DNA of 64,000 nucleotides from Chrysomallon squamiferum (GCA_012295275.1 CM022677.1:13392001-13456000); one strand, 5' to 3'. Counted from the stretch's first letter, positions 15,101-27,199 are shown. Notes: generated from the letters alone by a model not told the origin. Program-made: numbers and translations.

Positions 15101-16221
15101 TTTTAATAATTCATGTACTTCTGTGTTATATTTACAGATGACTGACTGAACTTCCACTGCAGTCCATGTTGTCCACGAAGTGATCATGTCAGAATTCTTG
15201 CAGTTGCTTCCATATTGTCTGGGCAGAATATTCTCTACAGACCAAAGGTTTGAAACTGCTGGTTTTTATTGGTTTCAAAGATATAATTAAGCTAATATAA
15301 TTAAGAAAATAAGTAAAACAGAAAAGTTATTATTAACAAAAATCTTATATACAACATCCTATGTTTTGGAAATTAAAAAATAAATAAATAAAAAAGATAA
15401 AAGCAAAGTGAACTCTTTATTATTAAAATCCAAGAAAAAAAGACATCCAAAATATTATTTTGTTTATTTATGGTGAACAATCTTGTTAATTATAAAGTTT
15501 GACACAAAACTGAAGAAACTTGCTGATTATGAACACTAAACATTGTAGTACAATTCAGTGAAGAACAATCGCTTCTCCAGTTTGTGGTGTTAAAAGAAAT
15601 TTGTACAAACTCAGAAACTCAGATGAGTTCAAGTGTTTGAAATCAGATGCTGAGTATAATGGAAAGGTAATTCAGTTTACAACTAGACTTTATAAACTGT
15701 AAAATATAAATCATTTAATGCCATATGAGAATATTTTAATATTATTATTATAATTTTCTTTTTTTAAATAATGGTATCTGTAGATGCAAAGAAAAAGACA
15801 AAACGTGACATTGATACAGCAGTTGGGAGAAAAGGACTGTAATTAGAAAATGTATGTTCAAAAATTAACAGATAAATATTACTGATCTTACTTGTTGTCA
15901 ATTTTTATAAAATATATTAATTTATGTACTTAATTAAAAGTAAAATGGAAGTTACTGTTTTAAGAACGAAAATATATATATATATATATATACAATGAAA
16001 AATAGAGGTCCAACAAGACTGTTTAAATAAATATAATTAAACTTTATTTTATTTCAGTTAAATTAACTGTACTTATTATTGGTTGAAAACATTACTTCAG
16101 ATTCAAATGATAAAATATAAAATTATAGTGGGTCTTGTTAAAATGTTTGAATGTAATATTTTTTATTTCAGTCATCACAGAAAGCTATTTACAAGAACTG
16201 ATGTCCACTGAATCTAAATGA
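11342..16221. repeat. Right arm of ~4.9 kb inverted repeat; spacer 10279-11341
   Basis: Reverse complement of 5395-10278, with only scattered substitutions and homopolymer indels. Confidence 0.95.
12690..14150 (+). mobile_element. Degenerate Ty3/Gypsy pol fragment
   Basis: Same Gypsy RT motifs as 7470-8930, followed by an RNase H-like FTIYTDNNP segment; many stops and frameshifts. Confidence 0.85.
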
Positions 16222-16759
16222 CTTGACAAGTTTGCCTCCAAGTTCTTCAGGTTTTCTGACTACTGAACTAAGTAAACAGAAGATAAAACATCTCCACAGT
16301 AAATATAAAGAACTGAATAACTGGATAAAATAACATTTTAAAAACATTAATTGTGTGAATCATGGACTGTTCTTATTGAAGAATTTATAATATTGTGATA
16401 CTGAATTTAGATTCAAAGTTACAATGTTGTTCATGAAAGATGTGATCAGATATACTCAGTATATTGAACGTTTGGACCAGACACAGCACCAAGTACAGGC
16501 AAGTCTGTGATAAAACAAGTTACTTTTTAAAAACGATTTAATGTCAGAAATCCTTGATTACTTAAAAAGTACACACTTCATATTAAAAAAAATGTTTGGA
16601 GATAATTTTTTTTAAATTTAATTTTATATTTTTAAATAATTTTGTTTTGAAAGAATACTGTACTTAATAATCTAATCAAAACTTAAAATAAATAAATACC
16701 AAGAGTTCTGGTAAAAATGTACCCTATAAAACATCGTTAAAACATAAAATGGAATCAGT

Positions 16760-17452
16760 TGACCTATTTAAAAAACAGAGTTGAACAGACTGGCTTTTGG
16801 CTTTTGGACCAAATGTACTTTAACACCCGAAGGTGCATAGTCACGTGACATAACGTCATCTCAAAATATTAAAAAAAAGTATATAGGGTGGGGGGAGTGA
16901 AAGACAAGACGTGATATATAGTCAACCTAACTCTTGTGATTTGTAAAAAAAACAAAGATCTTCATTACTGGCTTTTGGCTTTTTGACCAAAAGTACTTTT
17001 AACGCGAAGGTGCTTAGGCTTCGCCCGAAGGAGCATAAGTTAAAGTACATTTGGTCAAAAAGCCAAAAGCCAATCATGGTGAACTTTGTTTTTTTAACTT
17101 ATGATCCTTCGGGTTTTGGCTTCGCCCGAAGGAACATTATCACCTTCGGGTTAAAAGTACATTTGGTTAAAAAGCCAAAGGCCAATCATGGGGAACTTTG
17201 TTTTTTTTTTTACAATAACAAGAGTTTAGTTGAAATTGTAAAAAAAACAAATTTCCTCACTACATGGCTTTTTAGCTTTTTGGCTTTTTGACCATAATGT
17301 ACTTTTAACCCGAAGGTGATAACGTTTCTTCGGGCGTAGCCGGAACCCGAAGGATCATAATTTAAAAGTACATTATGGTCAAAAAGCCAAAAAGCTAAAA
17401 AGCCAGATCATGAGGAACTTTGTTTTTTTTACAATAACAAGAGTTAGGTTGT
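16760..17452. repeat. Cluster of complete and partial viral terminal hairpins (ITRs)
   Basis: Half arm ~16790-16835; variant hairpin ~16850-17095; flop half ~17095-17235; full flip hairpin ~17237-17452 (GGCTTTTT repeats, TGTACTTTTAA...TTAAAAGTACA stem). Confidence 0.85.
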
Positions 17453-17526
17453 AGAATCTATTATAGCTGATGTCGCTAATTCAACAGACGTATCAAACGC
17501 AAATTCTATTACAGATTCTTGTGGTT

Positions 17527-19223
17527 TTTTCCAGTGCAATATTCATCTCATCATCTGTTGGATCGAATCCGATAGTAAACAACTTTGGATGCATGAGATT
17601 ATATGCATTTTTGAGTACGTCACTCTTCTTTAAATCTTGAATGAAATAAAGTCTTGTCTTCATAATACTGATTTGACTTGTAGTCAAACCATCTCCAAAT
17701 CGATTATTTGAATTTATCATACAAATATTTGCTCGGCAATAGCATGGAGTGGTTCCCTTACGTTCACATGTAGCCTTACTACCACTGAGCAAATCTTTAT
17801 ATTTATCGATATTTGTCTGATTTATTGAAATTTCTTCGCCTAACACGATCTTTTTGTTTCCAAGCATTTGCCAAGGGAAATTGTCTTTCGCGATTTTTCC
17901 TGCACATGATAAACATTCAAACATGCTACTCGATATCATGGTCTTTCCAGAATCTGACTCTCCTTGTAAATATATGCCTTTTCCCTTTTCCTTTCAATAA
18001 TGCAACAATCAAACAATACAGCCATCTCTCTGGCAGATGTTGTTCAAAGCACCAACTATTGAATACTTTTAAACTGTCCTCTGGTGTCATGTAATGTTCA
18101 GTAGTATCATTTAAGTTCATAATTTGTTCAAATGCATTTTTATCCGATTGTTCATCTAAGAATTTTGATCTAGCCGCTTTAAATAGTTTTTCACCAGATG
18201 TATTTGCAACTGAATTACATAATGCCTTAAATTCGTTCAAACTACTGTCAAATTTACTAATCAACATGTTCAGTTTGTTAACTTCTGGATGTTTTATGAT
18301 CAAATTGTAGAAGAAATCCAACGTATCAGCTGACTTGTTGGTTAATAGATGTGAAGGAATATTGTCGTTCTTTGTATTACTTGTAGCAGTTTTATCATCT
18401 TCCATCATTGCATCTATAATTGTATTCTCTATCTTAGCCTCAGATGAAGTTGTTCCTGCACCGTGATTGATGGACGTATTCATAGTTGTTGGTTCTGATT
18501 TGACTTTAATTTCATCTTTTCTAATAGTTCCTTGATGGCAGACATCATGGACGTATCATTAGAGATATCTTTATTGTCAAAAAAGTCCATCAAAATGTTC
18601 ATAATATCATTTTCATTATCATGATATCGTTTGTCTATTTCATTCCAGATATGAAGCATTCGTTCGTCATTTGTACCAAGGTACATCTTCTCATTATCAT
18701 TCATCAGATATGACATATAATTTTCCAGACATGTATTTTGAGGTTCCTTCAGTTTTCCTATTTTGATGTATCCCTTCTCATTGAGTACCGCACGGTGTAA
18801 TCTTCTGTATTGCCTGTCCTGTGAGGGTGTTTTCATGTTATTCTTCCAAATTACATGAACATGAGATCCATACGTTGGAAAGGCTTTATCCATTTCACAG
18901 TCTTTTTGATGATAAACTATCAGTGATTTCCAGTTTATATTTCTTAGAAAGGATTTTAGCTCAGTTATCACTCTGTCCTGTCCTTTGGCTAAATATTGAT
19001 GCTGGGTGTTGCCCAATGGTCAACCGGTTTGTCTAAGATATCCTGTGGATCCATTTGATAGCTTTTTATAAAGCTTTTTACCTTGAGCATAGACGTAATT
19101 ACCTTCTTTGTCCTTCACTAGGCTTCTCGGAACTAAATATTTGGGATGCACCATATCATATAATGGATGTCCAACAATTACGCTGTAATAACTGTCTTCT
19201 GGTAATTCAATGTACCTATCCAT
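17527..19223 (-). pseudogene. NS1: NS1/Rep, unit 1 (frameshifted, C-terminus truncated)
   Basis: GSHVHVIW HUH motif and the SF3 segment VLGEEI..KDLLSG..MINSN..KTRLY, split over ORFs 19020-19223, 18480-19016, 17926-18483 and 17493-17939. Confidence 0.9.
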
Positions 19224-19436
19224 TTTTTTATCAATATAGTTATAATATGTTGAAACAATTCTTTTGTAATGAATAACAAACGAATGAAAAATTAAACTGA
19301 AGCGTCTTTATTTATAACAAATGTAACATGACGTCATATATATGACGTAATAATGTGTACGTGACATTAATAACGTTAACATTTAAAAATACTTTTAACT
19401 GTATTAATATGCAACTATAAGAACTATTTACATCAG

Positions 19437-21538
19437 TTATACTGGATATGACCAATCGGTAGTACTACCAGTAATGGGTACAGATCTATCACCATATGTT
19501 CCATGAATAGGCCAAATGAATCTACGTCTATTTTTACGTTTAAACCAATTATCGCATATAGGTGCAGCAATTCGCATTTTCCATTGTTTTTCAATTCTCT
19601 CTTTATACTGTTTACCAGTTTCATCTAAAAACTGATCTTGTTCAGTATGTTTTACATTGTCTTTATTTCCTGTTGGTATAGTGTCATTAGCTTTGAAAAA
19701 TAAACCCTGCATTGGACCAGAACATCCACCTAAACCTATCGGTATATATTTAGGACACATACCAGTTCTTACAACAAATTCAACTTCGCTGTAATACGTT
19801 ATTTGAATATTAGCATGATAGTTAAAGAATAATGTTGATCCGCTAGTAGTTTTACATCTGGATATATTCCAATTAAAAATATGGGAGGTATATTACACTG
19901 AAAGGTCCTCCTATTTGATCCATCTATACATGTATTAACATTAGGATCATCAGCATCATTATAAGATACACCAGATTTAGCTATCTTGGTACCACCATCA
20001 TCTACCATACATGGAGCACCTAGATCTCTAGATGCTTTATGTTGGTAACATCCTTTATAATTAACAGACCTATATTGGTGATTGAAATAGGTAGTAACTG
20101 CTGTTGCCATAGGATGTGTTGAAAAATTAGTTACTGTAATTTCATGCGTTGGCCAAACTTCTAAATTATCTTTATTTTCATTGCTTTTTATATTTTGCAT
20201 TGATATTTATCTTTTCTAATATTTCCTGTCATTTGAGTAAAATTTAAAGTGTGACTACTTTCACCTGGAAATATAACTAATGGTGAATCTTTACATGTAT
20301 AATCTAATCCAAATCCACCTGCACTGATAACTGTTTCTCTATAACCATCATGTAATTAGGTGTTTCAGCAGTGTAATTAATATTATCACTGTTTTGGGTC
20401 CATGCATTACTTAATAATTGCATACCTATGTCACTAGGTAAATACATTTTACGATCTGGTTGAACTGGTATAGCTCTATGAGATGTATTATCCATACACT
20501 CTTCATCGCTAAATCGATTGTTATGACAAATTTAAATGTCTATCTGGTAAACCGTAATCATTGTAAATATCTGTAAACGTCCAAACACGTGCATTTGGTG
20601 GTGCCATTACAGGTACTTCGTTTGGATCTGATTTATTATTATTTAGTACATGTATTATCATATTATTTATATTAAATCCAAATTTTTTAATTTTATAACC
20701 AACAAATTCATCTGGTAAATTCCAATCATCAGGTTTCGTACTTGTTTGCTTGTACCAATAAGGTATGATATGTCCTCCATGATTAAATACAAATTCACAT
20801 ACATTAGGATCACCTATTGCTTTTTTTCCGGTTAGTATTATCTGTACCATTATCTAATATTTTCATTGTAGCTTTTCTAGTTTTAGTAAAATTTATCACA
20901 CTAGTAAATGTTCTTTTGAATGTCTTTTTAATAGTTATATATCTAGGATTAGCTCCTTTAGTGGTTCCTCCAAATCCTTGATACAAAAAGTTGTTACCTG
21001 TAGCTGAAGCCATCGGAGCACCTTCAACAGCTTCGCTTCCACCTGTATCGGTAACCTCTTCATTCATTATTGAATCAGGCTCCATTACAGATTCTTGTGG
21101 TTGAAGGTATGTTCCTTTAGAATTAGATTGTTCTAGTACATCTTGTGATATTCTATCAGATAATTGATTGTTGTTAGGCACTTTAGAACTTGATCCACCT
21201 GCTGGTTCATTTGTTTGTCTCTTCATAGTTTGTTTTGATTCTGATCTTGGTCTATCTTGTATTTGTTCGTCTTCTGGGTATAAAGGTGTATTGAAAGGAT
21301 CCTCTTCGTCTGAATTCTCAGGATTGTAATGGTTTTCCCGAAGATCTTGTATTGCCTTATAGAAACTTTGATTAGGAATTTGTAAATTAGGATACTGACG
21401 TCGTATTTGTAACCACCTATCTTGGCGCTGATCAACCGGCACATTTAAATCTGCTAAGATAGATAATGCCTTAGCTTTAGCTATTGCCCAGAGTCGTGTC
21501 ACTTCTTTCTTGTTTAGCAAACGTTTTCCTTTATTCAT
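19437..21538 (-). pseudogene. VP: Capsid protein VP, unit 1 (several frameshifts and small deletions)
   Basis: ORFs 20810-21538, 20521-20850, 20304-20495, 19799-20200 and 19437-19760 are collinear with the unit-2 VP. Confidence 0.88.
21223..21444 (-). CDS. Overlapping +1 ORF inside the VP N-terminal region, unit 1 (73 aa)
   Basis: MCRLISAKIGGYKYDV..YKFLIKVSIRQYKIFGKTITILRI; homologs are present in all four units. Confidence 0.6.
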   Translation of the reverse strand: MCRLISAKIGGYKYDVSILIYKFLIKVSIRQYKIFGKTITILRIQTKRILSIHLYTQKTNKYKIDQDQNQNKL

Positions 21539-21900
21539 GAAATCGGACTGTTTCTATATATGTAATTTACGTATTCGTCCTCTTCTTGTCCTAAATCTTC
21601 TCGTTCAGATTTAGAAACGTTGTTATCCAATTGTTTATCACCTGAATTCACTAAATCACCAAACTGATTTAATGCTTCTTGTATTTGATTTTTAGTATAT
21701 GTAGAAATACCTTAAATTGACGATTCTACAATAGATTGTCCAATAGCTGTTGCTGGTTCCAAATATATACTATCAGCTCCCAATATTTCAGTAATACCAG
21801 GTACTGTAGATTCTAGTACAGCAGATGTAGCTAATTCCACTGAAGCATCAAAAGCGTATTCGATAATTTCAGTAGCTATAATTCCTAATGCTGTGAATAT
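21535..21900 (-). pseudogene. ORF X, unit 1 (ATG>ATA, internal stop)
   Basis: Collinear with 27196-27561 (FTALGIIATEII...). Confidence 0.8.
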
Positions 21901-21992
21901 CCTATCAAAGCAATAGCTTGATTATAAATGAATTATATTTTAAAAATCAAGATTAAATATAAAATATCACGTGATATTACGGAAATTACGTA

Positions 21993-22433
21993 ATACTCTT
22001 CAAAATAAAAAAGGATGGGGGGGTGAATAATGTAATGACCTGATAGATTTCAACCTAACTCTTGTTATCTGATAAAAAAACAAAGTTCCTCACTACATGG
22101 CTTTTTAGCTTTTTGGCTTTTTGACCATAATGTACTTTTAACCCGAAGGTGATAACGTTCCTTCGGGCGTAGCCAGAACCCGAAGGATCATAAGTTAAAA
22201 GTACATTATGGTCAAAAAGCCAAAAAGCTAAAAAGCCAGATCATGAGGAACTTTGTTTTTTTTACAATAACAAGAGTTACGGGCTAAAAGTACATTATGG
22301 TCAAAAAGCCAAAAAGCTAAAAAGCCAGATCATGAGGAACTTTTTTTTTTTTACAATAACAAGAGTTAGGTTGAAATCTATCAGGTCATTTTATTCTTCA
22401 CCACCCACCCTATTTTTTAATTTTGAAGAGTAT
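21993..22433. repeat. Junction ITR between units 1 and 2 (flip), with a duplicated right arm at ~22281-22360
   Basis: Palindrome ATACTCTTCAAAAT...ATTTTGAAGAGTAT around the core CCCGAAGGTGATAACGTTCCTTCGGGCGTAGCCAGAACCCGAAGG. Confidence 0.92.
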
Positions 22434-22676
22434 GACGTCATATACTATATTGACGTCATATCATATATTAACGTCATTTCCTTTATATTTTAGCAGACGA
22501 TATTTTTATTAATAATATAGTTTATTACATTAATATAATATTTTTAATAAACAAATAACAAGAATAATTAATGTTTAATTATATTTTATTTACAAAAATT
22601 AACAATAATGTAATACTTATTTTATTATAACATTTTAATAATATTTTAAACAGTAAATAAATGTTTATTTAATTAA

Positions 22677-24840
22677 CTAATTTTCCGATTTATATTTTTT
22701 GAAAATGTCCATTTGAGTTTCCTGTATTGTTTCGGTAAACTGATCATAAAATGACGGAGTTTCAGGTATGTAGAACTTGTATTTCTTCTGTTCAGGTTCT
22801 TCAGGTTCGGATCCAACAGTTATGTATTGTCCGTCCATCTGTTCGTCCAACTTTCGTTTTGTTCCTTTTTGCTCTTGTTTTTCTACATTACTTTCCTGTT
22901 GGCTGGTTATGAACAAATCTTGAGACGGATTATATGTTTCTACTTCCTCTTTTTCTTCATCTTCACTTGATATTTCAATATACTCTATTTTATCTTCTAC
23001 TTGATTGCTTATCATTGGATTATTTGATGCAATGATCGATTGACTGTCATCGAAATTGTCTCTGAAGTAACTATTACGTCCTTCGAAAGTGTTGTCTTCA
23101 ACGTTATTGTTATGTTTCATAGAGAAATATTCCCTGTCATTTTCTAATGCAATTGTCATTTCGTCCTCTGTCGGTTCATATCCTATAGTGAATAATTTAG
23201 GATGAATCAAATTGTAAGCATGTTTAAGAACATCACTTTTTTCAAGTCCTGAAGAAAGTAAAGTCTAGTCTTCATAATGCTTATTTGGCTTGTTGTTAAT
23301 CCATCTCCAAAACGATTATTCGAATTAATCATGCAAAGATTAGCTCTGCAGTAACAAGGAGTAGTGCCTTTTCTTTCGCACGTAGCTTTACTGCCACTGA
23401 GAAAATCCATGTATTTGTCTATATTTGTCTGATTAATTGATATTTCTTCACCCAAAATGATTCTTTTGTTCCCTAACATCTGCCAAGGGAAATTGTCCTT
23501 AGCTATTTTCCCTGCACAACTTAAACACTCAAACATACTGCTTGAGATCATAGTCTTACCAGAGTCAGACTCCCCTTGCAGATATACACCCACTTTCTTT
23601 TTACCTTTACCTTTTAGTAAAGCTACTATCAAACAATATAACCATCTTTCGGGAATGTGTTGTTCTACACACCAGCTGTTAAATATTTTAAGACTGTCTT
23701 CGGGTGTCATATCATTGAATGTTCTATATCATTGTTCAAATCGGTTATTTGATCATACGCATTTTTATCGGATTGTTCTTCCAGAAATTTAGATCTGGCT
23801 GCTTTAAATAACTTCTCTCCTGAAGTATTAGCAACAGCATTGCATATCGCTTTGAATTCATTGGAGGTACTGTCATATTTGCTAATAAGCATGTTAAGCT
23901 TATTAACTTCCGGGTTTTTTACAATTAGCTTGTAAAAAAGTCAAACGTGTCAGCTGATTTATTGGTTATCAAGTGAGATGGAACGGTTTCATCCATATTA
24001 TTATTGTCTGTTGTTTTATTATCTTCCATCATTATTTCTAACACATGTTCTTCTATTTTTGCATCGGCTGAGGTTGTACCTGTTCCATGTTTAATTGTCT
24101 TGTTGCTAGTTGTTGGCTGTGGTGTAGCTTTAACATCATCTTTTCGAACAGGTTCCTTAATGGCAGGTACAACAGAATCGTTATTTGCAACATCTTGATT
24201 GTCAAAGAAGTCTAACAATATGTTCATTAGTTCATCCTCATTACTTCTGATACATTTATCTGTATCATTCCATAATTTCAGCATGTGGTCGTCGTTTGTA
24301 CCGAGATACATTTTTTCTTTGTCATTCATTAGGTAAGTCATGTAGTTCTCCAATGATATAGTTTGAGGTTCTTTGATCTTTCTGATTTTAATGTATCCTT
24401 TTTCATTCAATATAGCTCTGTGCAATCTCCTGTATATACGGTCCTGTGATGGCGTTTTCATATTATTTTTCCAAATAACATGTACATGTGATCCATATGT
24501 AGGATAATTTTTATCCAATGTACAGTCTTTTTGATGATAAACTACAAGATTTTTCCAATTTTTGTTCCTTAAGAAGGCTTTCAATTCAGTTATGACGCGA
24601 TCTTGACCTTTAGACAGGAACTCGTAACTTGGTGTCGCCCAGTGATCTACTGTCTTATCCAAAATATCTTCTTGTGGGTCCATTTGATAACTCTTGATGT
24701 AATTTTTTCCGTGTGCGTAAACATACTTTCCATCTTTATCTTTTACTAAACTTCTTGGAACGAGAAACTTTGGATGAACCATCTCGTAGTTTGTATGTCC
24801 AATAATAGTTATCTTCTGCGAGTTCCATATGTCGATCCAT
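22677..24840 (-). pseudogene. NS1: NS1/Rep, unit 2: full length (~720 codons) but frameshifted
   Basis: ATG at 24840 (MDRHMEL, cf. MDRYIEL and MDRYVET in other units); HUH TYGSHVHVIWK; Walker A GESDSGKT; Walker B ILGEEI; motif C MINSN; Arg finger KTRLY. Confidence 0.92.
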
Positions 24841-24914
24841 TGCTTGTTTTGTTTTAATATATATATTTTTTTAAATTCTGTTATAAGTGATAACAAACGA
24901 ATGAATATTTTAAA

Positions 24915-25040
24915 ATCAACGTCTTTATTTATAACATTTTGAACATGAGGTCATTCAGAAGACGTAACCAATCGTACGTGACAAAAATAACGTTAACATT
25001 TGGAAAGACTTTTAACTGTATTAATACGCCAACTAAGATA
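24915..25040 (-). promoter_or_regulatory. Putative internal NS1 promoter / VP polyadenylation region (homologs at ~19300-19420 and ~32260-32310)
   Basis: Minus-strand TTATAAATAAAGACG ~80 bp upstream of the NS1 ATG in units 1 and 2. ACGT motifs upstream. Block ACTTTTAACTGTATT conserved in three units. Confidence 0.5.
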
Positions 25041-25060
25041 TTAATAATATTGATAATTTT

Positions 25061-25091
<31 letters not shown>

Positions 25092-25097
<6 letters not shown>

Positions 25098-27199
25098 GGA
25101 TATGACCAATCTGTACTGTTTCCGGTAATCTGTACACTTCTATCACCATATGTACCATGCACAGGCCATACTAATCGACGTCTAGCTTTACGTTTATTCC
25201 AATTGTCCCATATAGTGGCATACACTCTCATTTTCCATTGTTTTTGAATTCTCTATTTATATTGTTTAGCACTTTCATCTAAAAACTGATCTTGTTCAGT
25301 ATGTTTTACATTGTCTTTATTTCCTGTTGGTACAGTGTCGTTAGCTTTAAATATAAGGCCTTGCATAGGACCAGAACATCCACCTAATCCTATAGGTATA
25401 TATTTCGGACACATACCGGTTCTGACTAGAAATTCAACCTCACTATAAAAAGTTATTTGTATATTAGCATGATAGTTAAAGAATAACGTGGCCCCGTTAG
25501 TCGTTTTTTCAACATCTGGATATAGACCAATTAAGAATATCGGAGGTCTATTACACTGGAACGTCCTTCGATGTGATCCATCCATACATGTATTAACGTT
25601 CGGATCATCTGCATCGTTGGACGCTACACCAGCTTTAGATATTTTGGTACCTCCGTCATCTACCATAGATGGAGCACCTAGATCTTTAGATGCTTTGTTC
25701 AGGTAACATCCTTTATAATTTACATTTCTATATTGGTGATTAAAATATGTAGTAATTGCAGTTGCCATAGGATGTGTTGATACATTAGTTACCGTAATTT
25801 CATGTGTACGCCACACTTCTAAATTGTCTTTATTTTCATTGCTGCATTGATATCTATCTTTTCTAATATTTCCTGTCATTTGAGTAAAATTTAAAGTCTG
25901 ACTGCTTTTTCCCGGAAATATAACCAATGGAGAATCTTTACAGGTATAATCTAATCCAAACCCACCTGCACTAATAACTGTTTCTCTATATCCATCGTGT
26001 TTTTTCATATCGTATATGTAATTAGGTGTTTCGGCAGTATAGAGCACACCCTCACCGTTCCAAGCACTGTTTAACAGTTGCATACCTATGTCACTTGGCA
26101 AATATAATTTACGATCTGGTTGAACCGGTGTGCTTCTTTGAGATGTCTTGTCCATAAATTCTTCGTCTTTGAATAGATTATTATGTGACAAGTTTAAATT
26201 TCTTTCTGGTAATCCATAATCATTATAAATATCTGTAAACGTCCAAACTCGTGCGTTTGGAGGTGCCATTACTGGTACTTCGTTTGGATCTGATTTAGTA
26301 TTATTTAAAACGTGTATTATCAAATTATTTATATTAAATCCAAACTTTTTGATCTTATACCCAACAAATTCATCTGGTAAATTCCAATCATCAGGTTTCG
26401 TACTGGCTTGTTTGTACCAATATGGTATAATGTGTCCTCCATGATTAAATACCAATTCACAAACATTAGGATCACCTATTGCTTTTTTCCAATTAGTGTT
26501 ATTTGTACCATTATCTAATATTTTCATTTTAGCTTTTCTAGTTTTAGTAAAATTTATAGCACTAGTAAATGTCCGTTTGAATGTCTTTTTAATAGTTATA
26601 TATCTAGGATTAGCTCCTTTAGTGGTTCCTCCGAATCCTTGATACAAAACGTTGTTACCTGTAGCTGAAGCCATGGGAGCACCTTCAACAGCTTCGCTTC
26701 CCCCTGTATCGGTAACTTCTTCATTCATAATAGAATCAGGTTCCATTACAGACTCTTGTGGTTGAAGGTATGTTCCTTTAGAATTAGTTTGTTCTAGTAC
26801 ATCTTGTGATATTCTATTAGATAATTGATTGTTGTTAGGCATTTTAGAACTGGAACCTCCTGCTGGTTCATTCGTTTGTCGCTTCATTGCTTGTTTTGTT
26901 TCGGTTGTTTTTGATCCTTGTCTTGACTCTTCTAATGGGTATAGAGGCATATTAAAAGGGTCCTCTTCGTCCGAATCCTCAATATGGTTATTGTTTTCCC
27001 GAAGACCTTGTATTGCCGTATAGAAATTTTGATTAGGAATTTGTAAATTTGGATATTGACGTCGTATTTGTAGCCACCTGTTTTGGCGCTGATCCACCGG
27101 CACATTTAATTCTGATAAGATAGCAAATGCTTTAGCTTTAGCTATTGCCCAAAGTCTAGTCACTTCTTTCTTGTTTAACACACGTTTTCCTTTATTCAT
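25092..27199 (-). pseudogene. VP: Capsid protein VP, unit 2: 648 aa open, then one in-frame TAG (25253-25255) before a ~50-aa tail
   Basis: Gly-rich GFGGTTKG then TFKRTF. IPYWYKQASTKPDDW..YKIKKFGFNINNL resembles the parvoviral TPW..SPxDW..FKxFNI core. PPIFLIG and QITFYSEVEF occur late. The tail ORF from 25231 is in frame. No PLA2 (YLGPG/HDxxY) motif. Confidence 0.88.
26932..27105 (-). CDS. Overlapping +1 ORF inside the VP N-terminal region, unit 2 (57 aa, below ORF-track cutoff)
   Basis: Manual translation: MCRWISAKTGGYKYDVNIQIYKFLIKISIRQYKVFGKTITILRIRTKRTLLICLYTH*. Confidence 0.6.
   Translation of the reverse strand: MCRWISAKTGGYKYDVNIQIYKFLIKISIRQYKVFGKTITILRIRTKRTLLICLYTH

Noticed and set aside
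16983-17291. 102-aa ORF
   Set aside because: Lies entirely within stacked ITR fragments.
21993-22433. Hairpin as a CRESS-virus origin or a MITE
   Set aside because: No nonanucleotide loop or TSD seen; the stem is far longer than CRESS origins, flip/flop is present and the genes are parvovirus-like. A circular episomal form is still possible.
23457-23792. Plus-strand ORFs opposite NS1 (also 28938-29291 and 17813-18094) as ambisense genes
   Set aside because: Starts, ends and frames are inconsistent; they are shadows of conserved helicase codons.
25060-25095. Poly(A) right after unit-2 VP as evidence of a retro-copied mRNA
   Set aside because: Collinear viral intergenic and NS1 sequence continues beyond it, and unit 4 is A-rich at the same place; homopolymer expansion is more likely.
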